This document shows, piece after piece, positions 1 through 10,784 of a stretch of 32,884 bases of DNA. The notes beneath the pieces were generated by a model that searched no databases, was not told the origin of the DNA, and saw only the letters and a program-made list of their open reading frames with translations. Made by a program: the position numbers and the translations under genes. Source of the stretch: Octopus bimaculoides (taxonomy: Eukaryota); assembly GCF_001194135.2 (NCBI RefSeq), contig NC_068994.1, forward strand, positions 34,508,165 to 34,541,048, in the 5' to 3' direction. Position 1 is the stretch's first letter, and the number at the start of each line of letters is the position of its first letter.

Positions 1-47
<47 letters not shown>

Positions 48-115
48 TATACATACACGCACTTAAATATGAATATATGCACACACACACACATATACAC
101 ACACACACGCTCTTA
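1..115. repeat. (TA)n/(CA)n microsatellite
   Basis: Direct dinucleotide runs. Many similar tracts occur elsewhere (e.g. 10584-10610, 10791-10863 TA/GATA, 13020-13400, 16560-16613, 19828-19910, 25713-25780) and are not all listed. Confidence 0.95.
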
Positions 116-411
116 CACACATAAATTGTGTGTACTTGTCTGTTTTATGTTCTCTCTCTCTCCGTTTAGCTTGTTTCATCTCGTTTTATGAAACTTTCAG
201 AAATACTTCAACTACAGTAAAAAAAATCTTGTCCAGCACATTAATACAGCAACAACACTATCAGTCATCAACAACAACAACAAAGCTAAACAAGAACAGT
301 AGCAGCAAATTCAGACCAACTATTACAGCATCAGCAAAACTGGAAGAAAAAGATGAAATGAATAGGGCCGACAATAATAACAGCACCAGCATTGAGACCA
401 TACACAACAAC

Positions 412-510
412 TGGGTTCATTTCCATTGTGCAGCACCTTGAGCACGTATCTTCTACTATATCCCTGGGCTATGAATGGATTTAGTGGACAGAAACTGAAA
501 CAAGTCTGTC
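412..510 (+). mobile_element. Degenerate internal fragment of the CORE-like tRNA-SINE
   Basis: CTGGGTTCATTTCCATTGTGCAGCACCTTGAGCACGTATCTTCTACTATA...GGATTTAGTGGACAGAAACTGAAA aligns by eye with the reverse complement of the 1815-1930 part of the full copy. Confidence 0.75.
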
Positions 511-910
511 TTACTCATACATACATACATACATACATACATACATGTGTGTGTGCATGTGTGTAGTTGAATATCAAAATAAAAAAGGATCAATAATCTA
601 GGCAAACAACTTCATAAAGCTCTTTGTAGATGAAGATACACCAGGCTAACAAATATGTCCTCTAATAGATGTGAGAATCCAGGTCAGGTAATCCAAACTC
701 AACAAGATGTCACCAGTCAGAGACATCCTGACTCTACGTTGATTCTGTTCAATTTTCCATCCACTTTACAAAGTTAAATGGGTGTATTTTATCAAGGCAT
801 AAGTAATAAAGAGGTCTCCTTAGAACTTGTACGATTAGAAAGCTCCACTACTGTGAAAGCGAGATAGATAGATAGTTAGATAGATTCATTCATTCATTCT
901 GCTGTCTAAG

Positions 911-1305
911 TGACCTAATTAGCAGTAGTGGAGGATGTTCTGAAAGTACAGTTGCTAGAAAAAAAGAATAGGACAGAAAAAATTCAGAGAGCTACTACCT
1001 CTGTTGGCAACTAGAAGTCTCTCTCTCAGAGTGAAAGACAAATTGTATGATGCTTGTGCATAACAAGAATTAGATGTGGTGTGCAATAGAGAAGATAACA
1101 CTGGTTTGGTCATATGATGCATATAGATGTGGACAGCTGCATCAAAAAGTGCTGGTCACTTAAAGTGGATGAAACTTGCAGAGGAGGGTGATCCAGAAAG
1201 ACATGGGAGAAACATAGTGAGGGCTGATCTCAAGATGCTGAGTGTCATGAGGACAACAAGGAACTGAGATGACAGGCAATATGCTATGCTAGAGAAGACC
1301 TATCT
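911..1305 (+). pseudogene. RTE-clade LINE, decayed C-terminal ORF fragment
   Basis: Manual translation with frameshifts and stops: DLISSSGGCSESTVAR / FRELLPLLATRSLSLRVKDKLYDAC / HWFGHMMHIDVDSCIKKCWSLKVDETCRGG*SRKTWE. This matches the RTE post-RT region (RLRWFGHV.R...GRPRKTW). Confidence 0.85.
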
Positions 1306-1349
1306 GTCACAGAAAATATGAGGTCTGAGACGACCCCAGTTGCCTTGAC

Positions 1350-1505
1350 ACAAAAGCACCATGGTCTAGAGTACACATAGATTTTGCAGGACCTCATAAT
1401 AGCAACTAATTTTTTATTAAGGTTGACACATTATCTAAATGGTCAGAAGTCTTCATTATGAGCCAAACAACAACTTCAGCCACAATACAAAAGCTACGTC
1501 ACCTG
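1350..1505 (+). pseudogene. Gypsy (Ty3/Mag-like) LTR-retrotransposon integrase core fragment
   Basis: One frame: TKAPWSRVHIDFAGPHNSN*FFIKVDTLSKWSEVFIMSQTTTSATIQKLRHL. This is the PWSRxHIDFAGP...VDxxSKWxEV integrase signature, with one stop. Confidence 0.9.
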
Positions 1506-1571
1506 AAAAAGGTATCAAGTACATATGCCAGATCTCCCTGCCGGTACCTTGATATACTCTCTCCTTAACTC

Positions 1572-1976
1572 TTTTACATGTTTCAGTCTTCTGACTGTGG
1601 CCATACCGGAGCACCACCTTTAGTTGAGCAAATCAACCCCAGGACTTATTTTTTGGAAGCCTAGTACTTATTTTATCGGTCTCTATTGCCGAACTGCTAA
1701 GTTACGGGGACATAAACACACCACCATCGGTTGTCAAGCGATGGTGGGGGGGGGGGACAAAAGCAGACACACAAACACATATACACATACATATATATAC
1801 ATATATACATATATACGACGGGCTTCTTTCAGTTTCCGTCTACCAAATCCACTCACAAGGCTTTGGTCGGCCTGAGGCTATAGTAGAAGAAACTTGCCCA
1901 AGACGTCACACAGTGGGACTGAACCCGGAACCATGTTGTTGGTAAGCAAGCTACTTACCACACATCCACTCCTACG
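1572..1976 (-). mobile_element. Full-length tRNA-derived SINE with CORE-like domain and internal (CA/TA) microsatellite
   Basis: Minus strand: A-box-like GGATGTGTGG, B-box-like GGTTCAGTCCC, CORE-like CTTGGGCAAG.TTCTTCTACTATAG, 3' tail ...GACTGAAACATGTAAAAGAG. Related copies at 412, 10375, 30695 and 32395. Confidence 0.9.
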
Positions 1977-3481
1977 TCTACTAGTTAATTTTGGTGAATA
2001 TTTTGCATTTCTGGGTTACATCAAGGTCCTAAAAACATATTGTCATATACTCCTTGATATCTATACAAAGACACATTGGTCATGCATGGAACACTTTTGA
2101 TCATATGTCCTCAATCTGGGTTCAACAAACAACAACAACAATAGTATAACTTGGTACACTTTACTTAAATGCTATTCTGCACCAAACCAATTAATCTTGA
2201 AAATGATGGGTTTTCTTGAAACCATTTGGAAATGTTGAAGATATGCATTATTTTTACTTTTTTTTTTTTAAATTTTGATTTAACTTATTTTTTTTAAAAT
2301 GTATTTTTAAATTCCATTTTACTCTAAACTTTATGCCATTTTATGTTTCTTTATTATACTCAATGTTTAGTTCTTAACTTTGCAGCTTTCATAAAGAAGA
2401 TTCTGGATGAGAGCTTAGGCTAAGCACATCATCTTTTATGATTATCTCTGACTTTCTTTCAGTTTGTATGCACACACATATACACACATACACTTGTGTA
2501 CACAGTGAATTCTAGGTTTAGTACTGAATTCCTGTAGACAAATAAAATCTTTTCTATCCACAATCTATTCAGAATCCAGGAAATATTGAGACTATTTGCA
2601 AGTAATACACAACATTATAGACAATGGGAGAGCTTTTATATGATAGCAGCCAAATCTCCATCATAAAAAATGATTAATTGGTCAATAAGTTCCTAAATAC
2701 ATAGATACACACACACATACATGTATTTATATATAGCAGAAAATCATAGATTTTATATATAGTTCATATTTTATGTTCAACAGCTGGTTCATTAAGATAA
2801 TTACATATTTAGGTTACACAACTAATTTAAATTAAGTCAAATTAATTTAAACTGGTAATGATTTTCTGATTGCCATAACATTCTTGATGATTTTTGTATA
2901 AACACTGTTTGTAAAGTAGAGTTGACTTAATTTAATTTGAATTATGCATCACATTTTTGTAATTATACATTTGGTGGTGGTTTTCTTAATGAAACAGCTG
3001 TTGAATACTAAGTATGAATTGTATGTGAAATTTATACTTTTCTGCTAAATACATTGCTCTTACAGATCATTTTAGCTGATTATTTATATATATGTGCATG
3101 TGTATGTGTGTGTGTGTTTGTGTGAAAGTCAGCCCCACTTGGATTTACTGTAATTTGGAATTTAATGGTTTATTTATTGAGGTCTTAATTACTGTAGATT
3201 TTTTCTTTGATGTTTGTGCATCAATTATCTCTCTCTGCCACTCTCTCTCTCTCCCCCCTCTCTCTCTCACCCTCACCCTCTCTCTCGCTCTCTCTCTATG
3301 TATATATTTATTTAATTCAAAGAAGTTACAAATTGATTCAAGAGCAGAGAGTTTCTTACATTAACATTAAGCAAACTGGTTTGAAATTAGGGCAAACACA
3401 TTTATATAAATGTAATTTCTGTAAACTGGAACCAGTTTGATAACTGCCAATGCACAAAATTAAGTTACTTAGTAATCTGTG

Positions 3482-4030
3482 TCATCATCATCATCATCAT
3501 CATCAGTGTTGTCGTTTAATGTCTGCTTTCCATGCTGGCATAGGTTGGACAGTTTGACTGAGGGCTGGCAAGCCAGAAGGCTGCCCCAGGCTCTAATCTG
3601 ATCTGGCAAAGTTTCTACAACTGGATGCCCTTCCTAACGCCAACCACTCCAAGAGTGTAGTGGGTGCTTTTTACGTGCCACTGGCATGAGGGCCAGTCAG
3701 GTGGTACTGGCATCGACCATGCTTGAATGGTACTTTTTACGTGCCACCAGCATGGGAGTCAGTCTGGCAGCACAGGCAACAACATGCTCGATTAATGCTT
3801 TATATATGCCACCAGCATGGGGCCAGTCAGCCAGCACTAGCATTGACCAAGCTCGAATGGTGCTTCTTATATGCCACCGGCACAGATGCCAACCAGGCAC
3901 TACTGTCATCGGCCACGACAATGACTTCACTTGACTCGACAGGTCTTTGCAAGCACAGTTTATTGCCCAATGATTGAAGGGTACTCCTAAATGGGCCAGT
4001 TATGCTGCACTGGCATAGGCCACAGTTACG
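3482..4030 (-). mobile_element. 3' end of an RTE-related retroelement with internal ~62-bp tandem units and (ATG)n tail
   Basis: Minus strand GGCGTTAGGAAGGGCATCCAG.TGTAGAAAC...CCAACCTATGCCAGCATGGAAAGCAGACATTAAAC then (GAT)n. About four imperfect repeats of TTTTACGTGCCAC..GCATG (3670-3900). The same tail motif recurs at 4890, 7090, 7210 and 28140. Confidence 0.75.
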
Positions 4031-4320
4031 GTCTCACTTGGCTTGCCAGCACTGAATAGAAATATATATTTGTACTTATTCAAAATACAAAGAACAGAAT
4101 AACAAATGCAAAATAAACAACAAGAGTTATATAATAGTCTTATCTTGACAGCTGTTTCAATCTGCATCATGCTTGCTTTAACATTCTCCAAAACCAAAGA
4201 TTGATATACAAGGCTACAAATAGCTTGCTTACAACTGGTGATACGGATTGTTTTTCATTGAATTACAAGGATTTCATGAAAGCTAAACGTTGTTATATTC
4301 TTCCTTTTAAACATATAACC

Positions 4321-4555
4321 AGAGCAGTTGGTATCTTTCTCAATCATGCCTCACACATAATAACCCATGGTATTACAATCAGGGGTATTAAGAGGTCAGT
4401 AATTGGGGATGGAGATGTCATAGAAATTCTCCAATAACCACTTCTGACTCTCTCCAGAGGTACAATATGGATCTGAATCTTGTTGCTACAGCAACCCTCT
4501 CCAGCTTGAGTTGACCACTATCTCCAGTGACCTCACATAACCCTTCGTATTGCAG
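4321..4555 (-). pseudogene. DD37D (maT-type) Tc1/mariner transposase relic
   Basis: Manual translation: NTKGYVRSLEIVV / *QQDSDPYCTSGESQKWLLENFYDISIPNY*PLNTPDCNTMGYYV*GMIEKDTNCS. It is colinear with the QQDSAP...WPLNSPECNPLDYYVW region of the 10.9-kb element. Confidence 0.8.
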
Positions 4556-4789
4556 CTGTCCATGTCATGTTTCACATCCCCTACTGTGTGCACAGATCAC
4601 TGATTAGTGTTCGGGATGTTGGCATTATGACAGACATCATAAATTATCATGATACAGGTAACTCTTTACCGATATTCAGATAGCTCCCAGTCCTCTATGT
4701 CAGCTAACTTTTTCTCAGCAACAACTTTAATCTTTATGCTCTCCAACACCATTGACTATCAAGCTGTCCCTGTCACATGATAGTTTTAA

Positions 4790-4965
4790 ATGAGTATCAC
4801 TATTGCATAAGCAGTGTCATTTATGTCCAGTATGCTGCAAAAACATGTTTGGCCATGGGGAAATATTATCTTACTTGAAAACAGGTGTGGGTTGATGACA
4901 GAAAGGGTGTCCATCTGTAGAAAATCTGCCTCAGTGAACTCCATCTGACCCATGCAAGCATAGAA
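4790..4965 (+). mobile_element. 3' portion of a retroelement with RTE-like tail
   Basis: GACAGAAAGGGTGTCCATCTGTAGAAAATCTG...TCTGACCCATGCAAGCATAGAAA resembles the shared tail motif at 3520-3640, 7210-7350 and 28140-28290. Confidence 0.55.
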
Positions 4966-4967
4966 AT

Positions 4968-4970
<3 letters not shown>

Positions 4971-5026
<56 letters not shown>

Positions 5027-5261
5027 GTGTGTGTGTATATATGTATGTGTGTGTGTATATATGTATGTATGTGTGTGTGTATATATGTATGTATGTGTGT
5101 GTGTATATATGTATGTATGTGTGTGTGTATATATGTATGTATGTGTGTGTGTATATATGTATGTATGTGTGTGTGTATATATATATGTATGTGTGTGTGT
5201 ATATATATATGTATGTGTGTGTGTATATATATATGTATGTGTGTGTGTATATATATATGTA

Positions 5262-5299
<38 letters not shown>

Positions 5300-5300
5300 G
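4971..5300. repeat. Compound microsatellite with ~24-bp higher-order unit (ATATATGTATGTATGTGTGTGTGT)
   Basis: About 10 near-identical 24-bp units between (TA)n runs. This explains the HTHTYIYT/YVCVC ORFs. Confidence 0.9.
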
Positions 5301-5499
5301 TGAGAGAGAGGGGGGGAAAGAGACAAATATGTAAGTATATATTTAGATTCTAGACACAAAAGTCTTAACTAAACACAAAAGATGCTCACTCCATCCCCAT
5401 CCACCCCACCGAATGATGTAATAAAAAGAAAACATTAAAATCATATGTTAAGTTTGAAGAAAATAAAACAAAATCAAATATACCAGGAAAAAACAGAGT

Positions 5500-5562
5500 T
5501 TAGTGACTAACTTCACAATGTCCATTGGTGCATTGTTGTGTTCGTTGAGTTTTGCCAAATAC
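5500..5562 (-). CDS. Candidate coding exon (VFGKTQRTQQCTNGHCEVSH*) of an unidentified minus-strand gene
   Basis: Acceptor ttaattattttttttatataatag|GTATTT. The phase-0 frame is open to TAA at 5502-5500, with a possible internal donor GAA|gttagt at 5512/5511. Phase-compatible with exon 9431-9288. A phase-2 reading (YLAKLNEHNNAPMDIV) is also open. Confidence 0.4.
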   Translation of the reverse strand, partial: VFGKTQRTQQCTNGHCEVSH

Positions 5563-6160
5563 CTATTATATAAAAAAAATAATTAACAGTTATTGTGTTT
5601 ATGTGATTGTCTTGTATTTTGGTATTTAGTAGATAGGTAATACATAGTATTAAAAGTAAAACTATTGAAACGTTAAATGATTATACTGTTGAAACTATCA
5701 TAAGGAATGACAAGGTGATTCTATTGCCTAGCAATTAAATTTGTGCATGCATCTCTTCAGAAATATCTATGGTTCCAAAATCTCCTGTGTTTATTTTTAT
5801 TTTTCAATACTCCATCCCACCCATCTCTAACTATCTCTTTGTTATTCTCCCTTCAGCTTCTTCATCTTCCACACCCCTGCCTGGTCAACAGTTGATATCT
5901 TCTTTTATGCTCACTATCTTCTACTTCTTGCATTTGCTCTGGCACTCCATCGCTGCCATCTTTATCTTCGTCCCAACTACTCCCAGCAACTCCCTATATT
6001 ATGTTGGGTCGCCATGTATCTACTCTTTAGAAAACATCTATACTGGTCCCTCTATCATAGTTTAACCTTCCAACACTTATAATAAAGTCACCTCCTGCTC
6101 TCAGGGGACTTTTTCTTTAAGGGGGATATTTCCTGTTCTTTTTCTGCCATGCAAGTCAAT

Positions 6161-7050
6161 TGGTGACCAATAGCATAGTCACTAGTGCCAATAGCATGGT
6201 CACCAGTGCCAATAGCATGGTCACCAGTGCCAATAGCATGGTCACCAGTGTCAATAGCATGGTCACCAANNNNNNNNNNNNNNNNNNNNNNNNNNNNNNN
6301 NNNNNNNNNNNNNNNNNNNNNNNNNNNNNNNNNNNNNNNNNNNNNNNNNNNNNNNNNNNNNNNNNNNNNNNNNNNNNNNNNNNNNNNNNNNNNNNNNNNN
6401 NNNNNNNNNNNNNNNNNNNNNNNNNNNNNNNNNNNNNNNNNNNNNNNNNNNNNNNNNNNNNNNNNNNNNNNNNNNNNNNNNNNNNNNNNNNNNNNNNNNN
6501 NNNNNNNNNNNNNNNNNNNNNNNNNNNNNNNNNNNNNNNNNNNNNNNNNNNNNNNNNNNNNNNNNNNNNNNNNNNNNNNNNNNNNNNNNNNNNNNNNNNN
6601 NNNNNNNNNNNNNNNNNNNNNNNNNNNNNNNNNNNNNNNNNNNNNNNNNNNNNNNNNNNNNNNNNNNNNNNNNNNNNNNNNNNNNNNNNNNNNNNNNNNN
6701 NNNNNNNNNNNNNNNNNNNNNNNNNNNNNNNNNNNNNNNNNNNNNNNNNNNNNNNNNNNNNNNNNNNNNNNNNNNNNNNNNNNNNNNNNNNNNNNNNNNN
6801 NNNNNNNNAGTCACTAGTGCCAATAGCATGGTCACCAGTGCCAATAGCATGGTCACCAGTGCCAATAGCATGGTCACCAGTGTCAATAGCATGGTCACCA
6901 GTGCCAATAGCATGGTCACCAGTGCCTATAGCATGGCCACCAGTGCCAATAGCATGGTCACCAGTGTCAATAGCATGGTCACCAGTGCCAATAGCATGGT
7001 CACCAGTGCCAATAGCATGGTCACCAGTGTCAATAGCATGGTCACCAATG
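6161..7050. repeat. 21-bp minisatellite (ACCAGTGCCAATAGCATGGTC)n spanning an assembly gap
   Basis: 4 units left of and about 11 units right of gap 6270-6808; GTC variant recurs every 3-4 units. Confidence 0.95.
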
Positions 7051-7355
7051 CCAATGGCATAGAGAAAAAAACCTAATGTACACTCTAAAGTGATTGGCAT
7101 TAGGAAGGGCTTTCAGCCATAGAAATCATGCTGAAGTTGACATTGAAGCTCAATGGCACTAATGTCAATGGTATGGAAATAAAATGCATATGGTACACAC
7201 TGTGAAGTGACTGGTGTTAGAAAGGGCATCCAGCCATAGAAACCATGTCAAAATTGACACTGGAACTCAACACTGCTCTGCAGGTCATTGAATTCTCACA
7301 AATCATCCAACCCATGCCAGCATAGAAAATAGACATTAAATGATGATGATAGTGA
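7050..7355 (+). mobile_element. RTE-type 3' end with internal duplication and (ATG)n tail
   Basis: Two successive GTGA(T/C)TGG..TTAG(G/A)AAGGGC..(T/C)CAGCCATAGAAA segments (about 7088 and 7206), then CCAACCCATGCCAGCATAGAAAATAGACATTAAATGATGATGAT. Confidence 0.75.
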
Positions 7356-7694
7356 TGATCCCTAAAAACGTGATATGGCATAAGAGTATATGTTGTAAGT
7401 TGTACTGTTGTATAGAAGGACAGTTGTGTAGGATGATCTGTGTTGGATGAAAATTAATTATGTGTTGTTTTGATTCTGTTACAGTGTTTGGTAGTAAATG
7501 AATAAAATATGTGTCTGGGTTGTGTTGTAATGTTGGGTGTTAATGGCGTCAAGCATGCGTAGGGAGGGTTGTGTTTTATTTTGGCCTTGGTAACCAGGGT
7601 TATCATTCTGGATCTGTGAGGTTTCTTCATTGGCCCTTAGGTGGCTATCCTCCCATTGGAACATCTTTTATTTGGTATATTATACTTTCCCCAT

Positions 7695-8076
7695 GTGGAG
7701 GCGCAATGGCCCAGTGGTTAGGGCAGTGGACTCGTGGTCGTAGGATCGCGGTTTTGATTTCCAGACCGGGCGTTGTGAGTGTTTATTGAGGGAAAACACC
7801 TAAAGCTCCACGAGGCTCCGGCAGGGGATGGTGGTGAACCCTGCTGTATTCTTTCACCACAACTTTCTCTCACTCTTTCTTCTTGTTTCTGTTGTACCTC
7901 TATTTCAAGGGGTCAGCCTTGTCACACTGTGTCACGCTGAATATCCCCGAGAACTATGTTAAGGGTACACGTGTCTGTGGAGTGCTCAGCCACTTGCACG
8001 TTAATTTCACGAGCAGGCTGTTCCGTTGATCGGATCAACTGGAACCCTCAACGTCATAAGCAACGGAGTACCAACA
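7695..8076 (+). mobile_element. Full-length tRNA(Arg-like)-derived SINE with 13-bp target-site duplication
   Basis: A box TGGCCCAGTGG (7707-7717), anticodon-loop-like GACTCGTG, degenerate B box GGTTTTGATTTCC. Perfect TSD ATACTTTCCCCAT at 7682-7694 and 8077-8089. CpG-rich, so probably young. Confidence 0.92.
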
Positions 8077-8366
8077 ATACTTTCCCCATACACCTTTCTT
8101 TTTTTCCCAGAATCTATTCTGTGGAAACCCTAGTATTTTTCTGACTACACTTGTAATGTTCTTTGAATGTTTGCCCATGTGGCAAATAAAAGAAAGAATT
8201 ACAAAAATAAAAACATAGTAAACTTATGTAAAATAGAAGAAACACAAAATAAAAGATTGTTATGATTATGATTATTATTATTATTATTATTACTATTATT
8301 ATTACTATTATTATTTACTTCTTTATCCTCTCATTATTTGATTATGAGTATCAAAGTATTTCCTTT

Positions 8367-8536
8367 TCATGACACTCCTGTGACCTGTTCAATGAGTTCT
8401 GATATATCTGTCCGAATGTTGTTGTTTGTAGTTGTCTTTCTTTTTCTTTTATTTTTCTTCTTTTTTTTTATTATTTTCTGTTTGGTTTGGTTTGCTTTGT
8501 TTTTGGTTTCTTCTTCAAACGGACCCAGTTCGTCTT
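8367..8536 (-). CDS. Possible terminal coding exon (xDELGPFEEETKNKANQTKQKIIKKKKKNKRKRKTTTNNNIRTDISELIEQVTGVS*)
   Basis: 56-codon open frame after ccttaaccaccatataag| (weak pyrimidine tract, branch-like CTTAAC). It needs phase 1; the phase-0 reading of the same acceptor gives KTNWVRLKKKPKTKQTKPNRK*. Confidence 0.28.
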
Positions 8537-9287
8537 CTTATATGGTGGTTAAGGTTTATCTATTTATTCATCTGTCGTTCAAATATATTTGTAGCGATGC
8601 CAGAAGATAGAGTAGCAAGTAAAAATAAAAAGTAGTCATAATTCAGTAAGAGAATAAATAAATAGATAATTAGATGAATAAAAGCTAGCGTGTAGAAGAA
8701 ATGACTGTTTGAAACATCAACAGATGTGGCAAAGATCAGTGAACAGCTTCACAGGAGTGCCACAAAAGACTTTGAGACTCATAAGAGAATAATGAAAGAA
8801 TAAAGAAGAGGATAATAACAATAATGAAAATAGCAATAATAATGATAATAATAACAATAATGATAATAATAGTAATAACGATGAGGATGCTAATAATGAT
8901 TTATTTTTAATACTGATAATGTTTTCTTTTATTTGCCGTAGGGATGTTGAATGTAGGGACCATTACAGAGACAGGTTGCATAAAATGCTAGGGAATTTAC
9001 ACAGAAATCAATTGAGGTTAAAACAAAAGAAGAACTAAGAAAAGGAGAATAGGTGAATATTCATTCTCCTGAATACCTCCAACCAGATCAATTAAGAAAA
9101 CCCCCATAAATCATAAATCTAGGTGAAATCTTTCTAATCACTTAGGGTAAGTGCCTTCCCCCCAGTTGTTATTCTCCAGCCTGTTGGAACATGCTGAGAG
9201 TAGACTCATCCCCTCTTGTTAAGTTCATCACTGTCACCCTATTGTGTAACAAATTTACTAGAAGAGCACCTGTTTTTCTGCACTTAC

Positions 9288-9431
9288 CTCCATTTCCAAG
9301 TATAACTTGCAAGAAATTTGATGAGAGTTTGACTGAGTGTGAAGATGTCTTCCTTCAAGTTTTTCAGATTTGTACATCACACAGCCTTTTTTATCACATT
9401 CACCAGTCAGAGTATAACTGCCTATTTCTCT
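9288..9431 (-). CDS. Candidate internal coding exon (REIGSYTLTGECDKKGCVMYKSEKLEGRHLHTQSNSHQISCKLYLEME)
   Basis: Strong acceptor ccacacttctctttaacag| and consensus donor GAG|gtaagt. 144 nt, phase 0-0, exactly one open frame, not recognisable as repeat sequence. Confidence 0.65.
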
Positions 9432-9469
9432 CTGTTAAAGAGAAGTGTGGCAATAATAATAATAATAAT

Positions 9470-9650
9470 TAAAATAATTTTAGTACAAGGCTAGTAAGTT
9501 CGGAGGAGGGAGCTAATTGGTTACATCAACCTCAGTACCCAACTGGTGTTTATTTTATCAATCCCAAAAGGATGAAAGGCAAAGTTGACCTCAGCAGAAG
9601 ACAGTCAAAACTAATAATAATTTTTATTATAAGCGCAAGGCCTGAAATTT
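9470..9650 (-). mobile_element. Two truncated 3' pieces of the Meta-like SINE in an (AAT)n tract
   Basis: CCCAAAAGGATGAAAGGCAAAGTTGACCTCAGCAGAA and AAGCGCAAGGCCTGAAATTT match the 21830-22503 copies. Confidence 0.75.
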
Positions 9651-9654
9651 TGTC

Positions 9655-9830
9655 TGATAAGGGTACACCAGGCACATGCATCACAACCATATGTGCATGA
9701 CATGGTGATCTCATATCAAGATAAACAGTGCATGACCTTGCAGGTGGGGCTCAGTTAGAATTTTCTTCAGATCAAGTAGCCCATTCTGCTCAAAAGGTCC
9801 CTGAATAAGGTTTGTTTAAGGATGTTGAAC
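9655..9830. mobile_element. Fragment of an unclassified dispersed repeat (inverted relative of 22520-23012)
   Basis: TGATAAGGGTACACCAGGCACATGCATCACAACCATATGTGCA...GACCTTGCAGGTGGG.CTCAGTTA is the reverse complement of 22815-22945. Confidence 0.8.
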
Positions 9831-9894
9831 AATTTGCACTACAATGTCATCATAATATTACTGGTGATGAGATACTCAAACCCATGACATAACA

Positions 9895-10115
9895 GTTACT
9901 GGTTTCAAATTTTGGCATAAGGCTGGCAATTTCAGGGGAGAGATCGGTAAGTCACTTATAACAACCCTGATGCTCAACTGGGGATTATTTTATGAACCCT
10001 GAGAGAATGGAAGGCAAATTCAACCATAGTGGAATTTGAACTCAGAACATAAAGATGGAGAAAATACTGCTAAGCATTTGCCTGGCATACTAACAGTTCT
10101 GTCAGCTCACCACCT
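9895..10115 (-). mobile_element. Meta-like tRNA-SINE copy
   Basis: GGAATTTGAACTCAGAAC (reverse complement of B-box GTTCTGAGTTCAAATTCC), CTAAGCATTTG.CCTGGCA, CAGCTCACCACCT, then an ATT/AAT run. Confidence 0.8.
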
Positions 10116-10374
10116 AATTATTATTAGGGTGATGAATGTTATAATTGATGCTGTAGTGTACAAAATGCCTTGCAGTATTTAATTACAAGTCTGTATCTTT
10201 CTAAATTCAAATCCTACCAATGTCTATGAAATATGTATCAACCAAAGAATAGAATCAATACAATCCCTTGCATATGTCATCTCATATGGATGTTACAAAT
10301 CATAGTTATTATTGGGTTTCCTTCATAGCCTTAGGTGCTAGTGTTCCACTCTGGGAATTTCTCATATCTGTCTG

Positions 10375-10580
10375 TCTTTCATCTTTCACTTCATTCAGTC
10401 ATTAGACTGCAGCCATGCTGGAGCATCACCTTGACGAGTTTAGTTGAACAAATTGGCCCAAGTACTTTTTTTTTTTTAAAGTCTGGTACTTATTCTATTG
10501 GTCACTTTTGACAGACTATTAGATTATGGAAACATAACAAACCAACAACAGTTGTAAAGCAGTGGTAGAGGATAAATGGA
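10375..10580 (-). mobile_element. Old 3' half of the CORE-like SINE
   Basis: TTCAGTCATTAGACTGCAGCCATGCTGGAGCATCACCTT...CTGGTACTTATTCTATTGGTC aligns with 1580-1690. Confidence 0.8.
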
Positions 10581-10612
10581 TGGATATATATATATATATA
10601 TATATATATGTA

Positions 10613-10657
10613 GGCCAGTCTTGAGTGTAACCGGCCGAAACTGCAAAGTCGATCTGG
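10613..10657 (+). ncRNA. 5'-truncated type I hammerhead-ribozyme-like core (probable Penelope-like/retrozyme relic)
   Basis: GGCC-(16 nt)-GGCC stem II, then GAAA, stem III (A)CT-GCAA-AG(T) with a GNRA loop, and a GTC cleavage triplet. The CUGAUGA box and stem I 5' strand are absent, replaced by (TA)n. Confidence 0.4.
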
Positions 10658-10784
10658 AACTCAACTCAGGATAAGAAACTCTGAATGACCCATCCTTGTT
10701 TTTTTCCTGTACTATTTTGTATCGTTTAACTGGTCGGATGTTTTGTTGTCAACTGTTACATTCTTGTTCCATTTATTTGTTTTC

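Noticed and set aside
130-441. 103-aa plus-strand ORF with an acceptor-like tttcag| at 200
   Set aside because: Low-complexity Q/N/S/T content, the last codons run into a SINE fragment, no donor before the stop, and it is on the opposite strand to the better exon candidates.
2538-2601. Plus-strand exon-like segment TNKIFSIHNLFRIQEILRLFA (tag|...|gtaata)
   Set aside because: Modest splice sites and no phase-linked partners. A minus-strand acceptor at 2532/2531 is equally plausible, so chance cannot be excluded.
6156-7100. Long heptad-repeat ORFs (GDHAIGT, TSANSMV, PVPIAWS)
   Set aside because: They are open in several frames on both strands only because the 21-bp unit lacks stops. Most of their length is N, and they are embedded in a retroelement tail.
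7695-7770. tRNA gene
   Set aside because: The cloverleaf is degenerate (B box mutated, no acceptor stem). It continues into a SINE body bounded by a TSD.
8942-9147. Plus-strand acceptor (ttttatttgccgtag|) and donor (G|gtaagt at 9147)
   Set aside because: All three frames are stopped before the good donors; only a weak gttaaa donor preserves a frame.
9864-9885. GTGATGA (box C or hammerhead-core-like)
   Set aside because: No GAAA after a stem II, and no box D or terminal stem at snoRNA spacing.
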